A stretch of 58,456 bases of DNA from IMG/VR virus record IMGVR_UViG_3300035034_000432, one strand, 5' to 3'. Below the pieces are notes generated by a model. The model did not search any database. It saw only the letters and a program-made list of their open reading frames with translations, and was not told where the DNA came from. The stretch comes from a virus. Below, one piece after another: positions 17,000 through 24,981 of the stretch (position 1 is the first letter of the stretch; the number at the start of each line of letters is the position of its first letter). Both the position numbers and the translations under genes were made by a program.

Positions 17000-17853
17000 T
17001 GGCACTACCAACCACAGGCCCAATATCCTTTAACGATGTGAACGCAGAGCTTGGCTTGACAGCAACAGCGACTCTTGCCCTTGGAGCGTCGAGTGTTCGT
17101 GGTCTTGCCGGCGTGGCAAGCGGGCCAATATCGCTGGCGGATTTACGTGGAAAAGCCAACGAAATCATATTTACAAATACAGTGCAGAGAGTTGGTGCAA
17201 GTATTTTCTCGCTGATGGGATCACCAGCAGCAGCCGGCAATTACGTTTTTGTCAATCAAGCCAACATATACTCAACAGCAACATTTGCCTTGCGAACTGG
17301 CGTATTCCCTGCCGGCTCAACCCTTAAAATAATTAACCAAAACTACATTCGCGGCAGAGGCGGCAGCCCCGCTTATGTTAATGGGCCTAGTGGCAATTCC
17401 CCAGTAGTGCAAGGCTTCCCTGGCGGCGCTTCGATTCTGTTAGATATGCCGGTTTCTATAGACAATTCCGCAGGTTACTTGTGGGCAGGTGGAGGTGGAG
17501 GCCAGACTGCTTCATACGGCTTTGGCTTTGGTCCTAATTATTTGTTGGGCGGCGGCGGTGCAGGACAAAACATAGGTATAAGCAACAGAGAACCACGCTA
17601 CAACTTTAATGGCAATAACGGGACGTTAACCGCTGGTGGCGCTGCGGTTGAATCCAGCTCAAGCTCTATAATTTGGCGATCAGGGGCAGGTGGGGCAAAC
17701 GGTATTGCTGGAAGTGCAGGTTACGTAGACCCAGCTTGGTACCCAAATTATCAACCCGCTACTGCCGGAGGCAGGGCAGTACAGCGAAACGGCCATGCTG
17801 TCACTTGGATAAGCGGAAATAACACAACCCGCGTCAAAGGCGCAGTGTCTTAA
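16999..17853 (+). CDS. glycine-rich tail-fibre-like protein (putative)
   Basis: 284 aa. Duplicated N-terminal motif GPISFNDVNAELG / GPISLADLRGK, followed by Gly-rich stretches (GGGGGQ, GGGGAGQN). Sits directly after the fibre genes. Confidence 0.45.
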   Translation: MALPTTGPISFNDVNAELGLTATATLALGASSVRGLAGVASGPISLADLRGKANEIIFTNTVQRVGASIFSLMGSPAAAGNYVFVNQANIYSTATFALRTGVFPAGSTLKIINQNYIRGRGGSPAYVNGPSGNSPVVQGFPGGASILLDMPVSIDNSAGYLWAGGGGGQTASYGFGFGPNYLLGGGGAGQNIGISNREPRYNFNGNNGTLTAGGAAVESSSSSIIWRSGAGGANGIAGSAGYVDPAWYPNYQPATAGGRAVQRNGHAVTWISGNNTTRVKGAVS

Positions 17854-17872
17854 CAATCAAAAGGAAGCAGAA

Positions 17873-18319
17873 ATGGCAATACTAAAAATTATATCTATTA
17901 GCCCTGAATCACAAACGATGGTGATTGACTGGGGTGATGCAACTTTAAACCACTTCATACCCGATCAAATTCTTGATGGTGAAAACCTTACAGAAGCGGA
18001 AACACTGGCCATTCTTGAGCTTATGCGACCGGAGCAGGTTGTAACAAAACCAATACCAGCAGTGCTATCAGGATTGGTTCAGCCGGCTGTTCAGCCAGAT
18101 AACTTTTTGCTAGTTGATAAAAACACGCTTACCGCTGACAACGTTGATATGGTGACGGCCACTGTTAAAACCAGTGAGCAGGCGGTTTTTTTGGTTGATG
18201 ATGAAGAGTTCCCAGTGAATCCAGTTGATGGCGTGGCAACCCTTGAAATAAAGGCAGACGCTAAGGGATTTATATTGCTTCAATATGGGCCGCAAATCAT
18301 TTCAATAACTGCCGTTTAA
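17873..18319 (+). CDS. hypothetical protein
   Basis: 148-aa ORF with SD AAGGAAG. No recognised motif. Confidence 0.5.
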   Translation: MAILKIISISPESQTMVIDWGDATLNHFIPDQILDGENLTEAETLAILELMRPEQVVTKPIPAVLSGLVQPAVQPDNFLLVDKNTLTADNVDMVTATVKTSEQAVFLVDDEEFPVNPVDGVATLEIKADAKGFILLQYGPQIISITAV

Positions 18320-18349
18320 AACCCACGGCAACCCAAAGAGGATAAAGGC

Positions 18350-18817
18350 ATGCAAATTACAGTGACCCCTGGCATGGTTCGTCGTCAGCTTGAAGCGCTG
18401 GGAAGGATCACCAGTCGCAGCGCGATACTTCAGGATCAGCTATCTGATGAAGAGGTTCGGGCATTGTCAGGCCTGTACCCAAAATTCAAAGCTGGTTTGG
18501 TTGTTGCAATTGACGACTTGTACCAGTTCGACGGTGACCTTTACCGAGTGGTTCAGGCTCACACTACGCAGGCGAACTGGACGCCACCAACAGTACCGGC
18601 ACTCTTCACACCGGTTGTCGCAGCTGGCGTTATTCCGGCATGGGTTCAGCCTACGGGCGCTCAAGATGCGTATGCCGTTGACGACCAGGTAACGCACGAT
18701 AATCCGAATGACGCCGACAATATCTGGTTGTATGAGTCGGCTATTGCAGCCAATACGACTGAGCCTGGCCGCGATGGTACGTTTGATCGGTACTGGTCGC
18801 CCATTTCAGCAGTTTAA
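18350..18817 (+). CDS. putative carbohydrate-binding protein (CBM5/12-like motifs)
   Basis: YQFDGDLYRVVQAHTTQANWTPPTVPALFTPV, plus a second weaker copy (...IWLYESAIAANTTEPG...YWSPI). Both resemble the chitin-binding type-3 pattern Y..GD.V.Y.G..Y.a...h.s...W.P....alW. Confidence 0.5.
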   Translation: MQITVTPGMVRRQLEALGRITSRSAILQDQLSDEEVRALSGLYPKFKAGLVVAIDDLYQFDGDLYRVVQAHTTQANWTPPTVPALFTPVVAAGVIPAWVQPTGAQDAYAVDDQVTHDNPNDADNIWLYESAIAANTTEPGRDGTFDRYWSPISAV

Positions 18818-18838
18818 ACACATTAGAATGGAGCTAGT

Positions 18839-19060
18839 ATGGATGACGAGCACCACCCTACCTCCACGGATTTTGTAGAGCGTAGGCATCTGCACAAGAT
18901 TGATGTTCGCGTAGCCATACTGGAACAGCAAACCATGACCACTGCAAAGCAGTTGGCTGAAATAAACGACAACATAAAGTGGTTGGTGCGGATCGTATTG
19001 GGGGGGGTTATCAGTGCCATACTAGTGCTACTGTTCAACAATACGGGGGGTTTGTTGTGA
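18839..19060 (+). CDS. holin-like / XhlA-like single-pass membrane protein (putative)
   Basis: 73 aa. Charged helical N-terminus and a C-terminal TM segment (WLVRIVLGGVISAILVLLF). Lies two genes upstream of the endolysin. Confidence 0.45.
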   Translation: MDDEHHPTSTDFVERRHLHKIDVRVAILEQQTMTTAKQLAEINDNIKWLVRIVLGGVISAILVLLFNNTGGLL

Positions 19061-19551
19061 AGATTGGCGCAAGATATGTCCTGAAAGCTGTGTTTTACCT
19101 TATTATTACTTCAGGTCTGGTAGCGTCATATAAAGGTATCGAAGCCTATATCCACCCGGTCATTGAAGATTTTACGGTGCGCGACTACGCGGTTGACGGC
19201 AGAAAATTAGTGGTTAGCGGTTCGATGAACAAAGTCAGGTATTGCGAATTTATCGGTGTATCTGTCTACGGCACTCAGTTGGGCGGCATACCTAATTTGA
19301 TCCCTCTCAGGTTTACCGACACCGGCACCGCTACTATTTCTCGCCGTACAGGTTACCAATCATGGGGGCCATGGGAGTTAATGCTGCCAAGCCCTGAATG
19401 GCGTGGAGTCATAGCGTTTTATGCCGGGCACTCTTGCACCCCGTTTTGGCAAACTCAGACAGAAATGGCCGTGCTGGAGGTTTATAGTTGCGGTGACTAT
19501 GTGTGCATCGACGATAAAACAACCAAAGGCGACAACAATGCGAAGGATTAA
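19057..19551 (+). CDS. N-terminally membrane-anchored protein of the lysis cassette, function unknown
   Basis: The ORF track starts at 18979. I prefer GTG 19057, which overlaps the upstream stop (GTGA). N-terminal TM segment YVLKAVFYLIITSGLVASY. The Cys-containing ectodomain is not coiled-coil, so it is not a typical i-spanin. Confidence 0.45.
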   Translation: MKIGARYVLKAVFYLIITSGLVASYKGIEAYIHPVIEDFTVRDYAVDGRKLVVSGSMNKVRYCEFIGVSVYGTQLGGIPNLIPLRFTDTGTATISRRTGYQSWGPWELMLPSPEWRGVIAFYAGHSCTPFWQTQTEMAVLEVYSCGDYVCIDDKTTKGDNNAKD

Positions 19552-19981
19552 ATATCTAGTCGTTCACTGTTCGGCGTCCCCGAACGGGCGCGATGATACC
19601 GCCGAGGATATACACCGCTGGCATCAAGAGCGTGGCTGGTCCGGTATAGGGTACAACGCGGTAGTGACTGTAAGCGGTTTGCTGGAGCAAGGCCGACCGG
19701 ATTACTGGCAGGGCGCACACGTCCGCGATTTTGACGAAAACGGCGAAGGCGACAACAGCGACAGCCTGGGTATTGTCTTGATGGGCACCGACATTTTCTC
19801 AAGCCAGCAGTTCAACATTCTGGAAGGTTGGCTGGTTGCCAAAAAGCTACAGTACCCTGACGCTGAAGTGGTGGGGCATTGTGATCTGGACAGCCGCAAA
19901 CCCTGCCCGAACTTTGACGTAAAAGCGTGGTGGCGCAAGCGCCGTGACAGCGCATTCTACATATACCCAGTCACCTCTTGA
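19538..19981 (+). CDS. endolysin, N-acetylmuramoyl-L-alanine amidase (Amidase_2 / T7 lysozyme / PGRP type)
   Basis: MRRIKYLVVHCSASPNG.DDTAEDIHRWHQERGWSGIGYNAVV...G....GRPDYWQGAHVRDFDENGEGDNSDSLGIVLMG...CPNFDV is the typical Amidase_2 pattern. The start was moved to ATG 19538 (ORF track gives 19421). Confidence 0.85.
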   Translation: MRRIKYLVVHCSASPNGRDDTAEDIHRWHQERGWSGIGYNAVVTVSGLLEQGRPDYWQGAHVRDFDENGEGDNSDSLGIVLMGTDIFSSQQFNILEGWLVAKKLQYPDAEVVGHCDLDSRKPCPNFDVKAWWRKRRDSAFYIYPVTS

Positions 19982-20070
19982 GGCCGCACTGGAGAGTCTG
20001 AAATGAAAAAGCTGATTGGTATTGGCTGCCAGTGTCAGCAGTGTGATGTTCAACTAACTACGGGGGCGGC

Positions 20071-21834
20071 ATGGCCACATTAAAGCTGATAGGTTTCACC
20101 GGCGAGCTACCGCGGATTATGCCGCGCGCACTGCCCGATATGGCTTCACAGTTCGCCATGGACGTTCGCCTTACTGATGGTGGTCTTGAGCCGGTCCGTA
20201 TCAGTAAGTTGGCCAACACGTTTTCAGAGACAGTTACCGGTAGCGGTGTAATCTATCTCAAAGACAGCGACTGGATGCTTTTTGCTGATGGAACTAGCGT
20301 GGCTAAGGCGCCAATAGCAGATGATCGTCTTTACGTTATGGGCGCACCAAGCACAACGCCAAAAATGATTGTCGACGGGGTTTCTTACGAGCTTGCCTTG
20401 CCGCGAGCAACCAGCGCACTGACGGCCACCGAAACCGGAACGCTGGACGACGACCTATCTGAAAGCAAGCTTTACAGCTACACGCTGGTAACCGAGATAA
20501 ATGGGATCACCGAAGAAAGCGAACCGTGCGCATTGAGTAACTCTGTGCTGGTGTCTCCTGGCATGAGTGTAGATTTAGAAGGGTTCCAGGTTGGAGTCGC
20601 CAGCCGCGGCATAACTTACCAACGCATATACCGCACACAGTTCGGAGACAGCGGCGTAAGACCTTATTTGATACACCAGCGCAACGTATCGACCGACGAT
20701 TTCACAGATGCTTCGCCGTTTACAGGCATACTTGGCGAGCTTGAGTCACTTGATTACAACCCACCACCGGACGGCTTGCGCGGCGTCATTTCTTTGCCCA
20801 ACGGAATCATGGCCGCGTTTAAGGGAAAAGAACTGTATTTCAGTGAGCCGTACAAGCCACACGCATACCCTGAAAAATACATCTTGAAAACTGACCATGA
20901 AATTGTCGGGCTGGGTGGTTTTGGATCTAGCATTGCGATTATGACCGAGGGATTGCCGTATATCGCCACAGGCACGTCACCCGACTCTATGCGAATGTCA
21001 GACCTTGAGCTTAACCTGCCGTGCATTAATGCCCGGGGCATACAGGATATGGGCTATTCCGTGGTCTATCCGTCATACGATGGCTTGGTGATGATATCTG
21101 ATGCCGGCGCCAGCGTGGTTACAAGCGGCATCATTGACCGAAACGAATGGCTTTCATACAACCCAGCTGGCTGGACTACTGGACAGTTTAATGCCCGATT
21201 TTACGCAAGTTACAGTTATGCTGACCCTGATAATGTAGAGCAGAGAGGCACACTCATTGTTGATTTGTCTGGCGCTCAACCTTTTATAATTCGCAGTTCA
21301 ATCCAGACTTACAGTTTTTATTACAGCTTGGAAATGGGGCGGCTGTATTACCTAGAAGGACAAAAGGTGTACCAATACGACCCAGCCGGGGAGGCTAATT
21401 TGCTCCTTCGATGGGACAGTAAGCAATTTGTTCTGTCCCGGCCAGAGTCGTACACGGCAATTCTGGTCGAAGCTGATGATGCGCTTACAGAAGATGAAAT
21501 CAGGGCGCTGCAGGACGAAATAGACTCGGCGGTATTGGCAAATACTGCGCTGTATGACTCAACCGATCCTCTTAACGGCGCTGTTAATGCGCTTGCTGTT
21601 AATGTGGCAGCCCTTGGTTTTGATGATCTGTTAGAGGTGCCAACTATAAACCGAACAGTCGTGACCAACGTTTATGCTGACGGAAATTTGGTTAAAGCTA
21701 TTGGGGGATACAACCAGGTGCGGAGGCTGCCAACAGGGTTTAAGGCTAAAAAATGGGAAATCCAAGTTTTTGCTGATACTCCAATCAGTCAAATTAGCCT
21801 ATCCAGCAGCGTCAGGGAGTTGAACGCAATATGA
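20071..21834 (+). CDS. large virion structural protein (putative tail component)
   Basis: 587-aa ORF in the structural region. No motif I can name. Confidence 0.5.
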   Translation: MATLKLIGFTGELPRIMPRALPDMASQFAMDVRLTDGGLEPVRISKLANTFSETVTGSGVIYLKDSDWMLFADGTSVAKAPIADDRLYVMGAPSTTPKMIVDGVSYELALPRATSALTATETGTLDDDLSESKLYSYTLVTEINGITEESEPCALSNSVLVSPGMSVDLEGFQVGVASRGITYQRIYRTQFGDSGVRPYLIHQRNVSTDDFTDASPFTGILGELESLDYNPPPDGLRGVISLPNGIMAAFKGKELYFSEPYKPHAYPEKYILKTDHEIVGLGGFGSSIAIMTEGLPYIATGTSPDSMRMSDLELNLPCINARGIQDMGYSVVYPSYDGLVMISDAGASVVTSGIIDRNEWLSYNPAGWTTGQFNARFYASYSYADPDNVEQRGTLIVDLSGAQPFIIRSSIQTYSFYYSLEMGRLYYLEGQKVYQYDPAGEANLLLRWDSKQFVLSRPESYTAILVEADDALTEDEIRALQDEIDSAVLANTALYDSTDPLNGAVNALAVNVAALGFDDLLEVPTINRTVVTNVYADGNLVKAIGGYNQVRRLPTGFKAKKWEIQVFADTPISQISLSSSVRELNAI

Positions 21835-22100
21835 GAAACCCAGAGCTATCCCCTATCTTAAAACGTCTTGAATTGATCCAGGAAAAGGTAGAGCTATTGA
21901 ATGGCGACAAAAGCGCCACACTTGAGAAGTCAGCCATTCGCAGGAAGTCATTGGACGGCCTTAGCCGTGCAAGTAACCAGCGCAGCAAAAAGGCAGCCGG
22001 TTCAGCGCCCACTAAGGCAGAGTTTGATCGATTGGTTACTGATGTTCAGTCCATCATCGAAGCATTGCGCGCGGTATTACAGGCAGTGCAAGACCAATAA
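21831..22100 (+). CDS. hypothetical protein
   Basis: 89-aa ORF with ATGA overlap to the upstream gene. Confidence 0.5.
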   Translation: MRNPELSPILKRLELIQEKVELLNGDKSATLEKSAIRRKSLDGLSRASNQRSKKAAGSAPTKAEFDRLVTDVQSIIEALRAVLQAVQDQ

Positions 22101-22142
22101 GCAAGCGGTTACAATGGCGGCACAGTTAATGACAGGAAGCGC

Positions 22143-22577
22143 ATGATTACAGCAGATTACGGCAATCAAGATAGCGCAATTACATGGGCGCAAGAACGGC
22201 TTGCCGGCCTTAGCTTTCGGGATGACGCAAAGACCATAGCCTTTACCCGGGAGTGTGGATCTTACGCTGCAGTGATTGTGTATGACGGGTTTTCGCAGTG
22301 TGACTGCAACATTCACGTTGTCAGTGACGGCTCATGCAGCTGGATGACAAGGCAGATGCTTTCTCGGGCCTTTGCATACCCGTTTGTTCAGCTGGGATTG
22401 CGCAGGGTGACCGGGCTGGTACCGAAAAAGAACAAGGCGGCATTAAACATGGATTTGCGCCTGGGGTTTGAAATAGAAGGTTTGTGCAGAAATGCGCTCC
22501 CTGACGACGATGTTTACGTAATGGGCATGCTCAGGGAGCATTGCCAATTCATTCCACAGGAGTATCGAAATGTTTGA
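22143..22577 (+). CDS. GNAT-like acetyltransferase (putative)
   Basis: 144 aa. LGLRRVTGLVPKKNKAALNMDLRLGFEIEGLCRNAL.DDDVYVMGMLREH resembles the C-terminal core of GNAT acetyltransferases (R.t..v...N..a......lGF..EG..r). Confidence 0.5.
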   Translation: MITADYGNQDSAITWAQERLAGLSFRDDAKTIAFTRECGSYAAVIVYDGFSQCDCNIHVVSDGSCSWMTRQMLSRAFAYPFVQLGLRRVTGLVPKKNKAALNMDLRLGFEIEGLCRNALPDDDVYVMGMLREHCQFIPQEYRNV

Positions 22578-23865
22578 AGCAGCAATTATTGCGCTGATTG
22601 CCGCCGGAGTTGTTGCTTTGACGCACCGACTGCCTTGGAATTTTGGCGGGGAAATGGTCACACCGGAAGGTTTTGTTATTACGGAAGAGCCAGAGCAGCC
22701 GGAGTGGCAAAAAAACCTAATGTTTAAAAAGGGCGGCGGCAGCGCGCCTTCGCCGGACCCGCTGGTGGGCCAGGCCGCCATGGAAAATGTGAGACTGGGC
22801 AAAGAATGGCTCGAGGTCACAAAACAACAGCTTTCGACAGAACAGCAGCGGCAAGTAGGCATTGATGCTCTAACCAAAAGGATTGGTGAAAGCCAGCTGG
22901 ATACCGCCGAAAAAGCCAAGGCCCAAGGCGAGGAAGACCGCCAGCGATATGAAGACGTTTTCCAGCCATTGGAAGATGAATTTATTGATACCGCTAAAAA
23001 TTGGGATTCTGGCGAACGTCAAGACAAGTTGGCAGCAGAGGCCAAGGCAAGCGTATTAACCGAGTCACAACAGGCGCGCGACCAGAGCCGCCGAAGCATG
23101 GCCGGCATGGGCATTAAGCCAGGAAGCGGTAGGTATGCCGGCGTAGAGCGAGCAAGTGACTTTAACACCGCACTGGCAGCCGCTGGCGCAGGCACTCAGG
23201 CGCGCAACCAGGTACGAGGCCAAGGTGTAGCGCTACGTGGTGATGCCATCAACATGGGCAAAGGTTTGCCAAGTCAAGCCGCTGGCGGCGCACAGCTGGG
23301 AATCCAGGCCGGCAACAGCGCCCAAGGTGGTGCTTTGAATGCTGCAGGCAATGCTCGAGCAACTAACGCAGCAGCTGGTCAAGGCTACAGCGGAGCAATG
23401 CAGGGCAACAGCAGCGGCGCCAGCATTATGAACCAGCAGTACAACAATGAACTGCAGGCATGGTCAGCCAACCAGGCAGCCGCCGGCGCAGCGTGGCAGG
23501 GCATTGGTCAGCTTGCTGGGACAGCTGGGATGATGGCTGTTTCCTCGAAAGACTACAAAACCAACAAAGAAAAGATCAAGGAAAGCGCGATTGAAAGCAT
23601 TAACAAACTGAACATTGAAAAGTGGCGCTACAAAGAAGGCATTGAGGATGGCGGCAAAGATGAGCATGTTGGTGCTTACGCTGAAGACTTCAAGCGTGAA
23701 ACCGGCATGGGTGACGGCAAGAGCATACCCGTTGGCGATGCCCTTGGCGTGACAATGAAGGCTATTCAAGAGCTTGACGCTAAAATCACCCGTTCACTGC
23801 CCGAACTGTCAGAAGTTAAACGCAAGGGCAAAGCCAAGCCGAAATCGAAAGGAACCAAATTATGA
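22570..23865 (+). CDS. putative internal virion (ejection) protein with N-terminal TM segment and S74-like C-terminal domain
   Basis: 431 aa. N-terminal TM segment (AAIIALIAAGVVAL), coiled-coil region, then an A/G/Q/N-rich region. The C-terminus VSSKDYKTNKEKI...INKLNIEKWRYK......HVGAYAEDF......GVTMKAIQELDAKI parallels the S74 chaperone domains of the two fibres, with the same Ser-x4-Lys spacing. Confidence 0.5.
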   Translation: MFEAAIIALIAAGVVALTHRLPWNFGGEMVTPEGFVITEEPEQPEWQKNLMFKKGGGSAPSPDPLVGQAAMENVRLGKEWLEVTKQQLSTEQQRQVGIDALTKRIGESQLDTAEKAKAQGEEDRQRYEDVFQPLEDEFIDTAKNWDSGERQDKLAAEAKASVLTESQQARDQSRRSMAGMGIKPGSGRYAGVERASDFNTALAAAGAGTQARNQVRGQGVALRGDAINMGKGLPSQAAGGAQLGIQAGNSAQGGALNAAGNARATNAAAGQGYSGAMQGNSSGASIMNQQYNNELQAWSANQAAAGAAWQGIGQLAGTAGMMAVSSKDYKTNKEKIKESAIESINKLNIEKWRYKEGIEDGGKDEHVGAYAEDFKRETGMGDGKSIPVGDALGVTMKAIQELDAKITRSLPELSEVKRKGKAKPKSKGTKL

Positions 23866-24968
23866 ATTTCTTTGCCGGACTCGGAAATTTTGCCAGCGGG
23901 GCATCCAGGGGCATTGATGACGCCCAAAAGATCAAAGGTGCATACGACAAGGGCAAGCTGCAGAAAGCCTACAAAGACGGCATAAAAGGAGCGGAGGCTT
24001 CACGACAAAGCGAAATCGATGCCGGCGTAAAGCCTACCTATGAAGGCGGTATCAATACAGGCTACAAAGGTACTGGCGGGAAAGTGTATGGCGATGAAGC
24101 CAGCGCCCGCGCGGCATCTGAAAAAGCGGCGCCGGACGTGATGGAATACTTTATGAAGGACGCGGCGCCCAAGATTGGCCAAATGTACCTTGAGCAAGGA
24201 TCACCGGAGAAAGCCGCAGCCTGGGGAACATGGGTAGACGGCCAGAACGGCAAGAAGGCAATCGGCCAGTGGTCAGATGCTTACAAGTCGCTTATGACCG
24301 GAGATATTGAGGCCGGCGCCGAGAAATTCGGCCAATTTTACACAGACCAGATAGACGATGGCGTGGATTACCGTGGCCAGACGCCAGTAAAAAACGAGGC
24401 CGGAGATATTACCGGTTTCAAAATGAAGCTGTTCGATCGTGATACCAACAAAATGCACGATATCGAAATGAGCAAAGACAAAATGATAGAGCTTGGCAAC
24501 GCTTTCAATCCGCAAGCATTGTTTGAGCGAGTGACAGCCCAAGGAGATAAAGCCAGTGCGTTAGCTGCCGAGGTTGCCATGGGTGATCGTGAGTCTAACC
24601 GTGACCTGAAAGGCAAGATAGAGCTGGAAGGCGTGAAAAGCGGTTATCGCCAAGAGGAATCACGTACAGACGCACAGCTGGAACAGACATACGGCACAAA
24701 CACTGTTCGCGGTAAATTCGATGCCAATGTAGACATTTTGAGCCAGTCAGGTTTTTCTGATGAAGAAATAAAAGAATTTACTCCAGGCATTCTTGGCATT
24801 AGTACCACCAGAGCGGCAATGTCAGACCGTGATTTGCGATCAAAAATAGTTGACCGGTTAACTGATGGATACATGCTTGCCTCTAAGTTTAATGCTCTAT
24901 CGTCTGAAGAGCAGGAAGCTAAGATAAATGCTATGGTCCGTCTCATCGACAAAATTCAACCTAACTAA
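23862..24968 (+). CDS. putative internal virion (ejection) protein
   Basis: 368-aa ORF with ATGA overlap, immediately upstream of the giant gene. Call by position only. Confidence 0.45.
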   Translation: MNFFAGLGNFASGASRGIDDAQKIKGAYDKGKLQKAYKDGIKGAEASRQSEIDAGVKPTYEGGINTGYKGTGGKVYGDEASARAASEKAAPDVMEYFMKDAAPKIGQMYLEQGSPEKAAAWGTWVDGQNGKKAIGQWSDAYKSLMTGDIEAGAEKFGQFYTDQIDDGVDYRGQTPVKNEAGDITGFKMKLFDRDTNKMHDIEMSKDKMIELGNAFNPQALFERVTAQGDKASALAAEVAMGDRESNRDLKGKIELEGVKSGYRQEESRTDAQLEQTYGTNTVRGKFDANVDILSQSGFSDEEIKEFTPGILGISTTRAAMSDRDLRSKIVDRLTDGYMLASKFNALSSEEQEAKINAMVRLIDKIQPN

Positions 24969-24981
24969 AAGGAAGGCCGGC

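Noticed and set aside
24928-24981. ORF-track ATG start of the giant gene at 24928
   Set aside because: It lies 41 nt inside the upstream gene and has no SD. GTG 24982 lies 5 nt after AAGGAAGG, just past the upstream stop. The difference is 18 codons and does not affect any conclusion. The true start is unverified.
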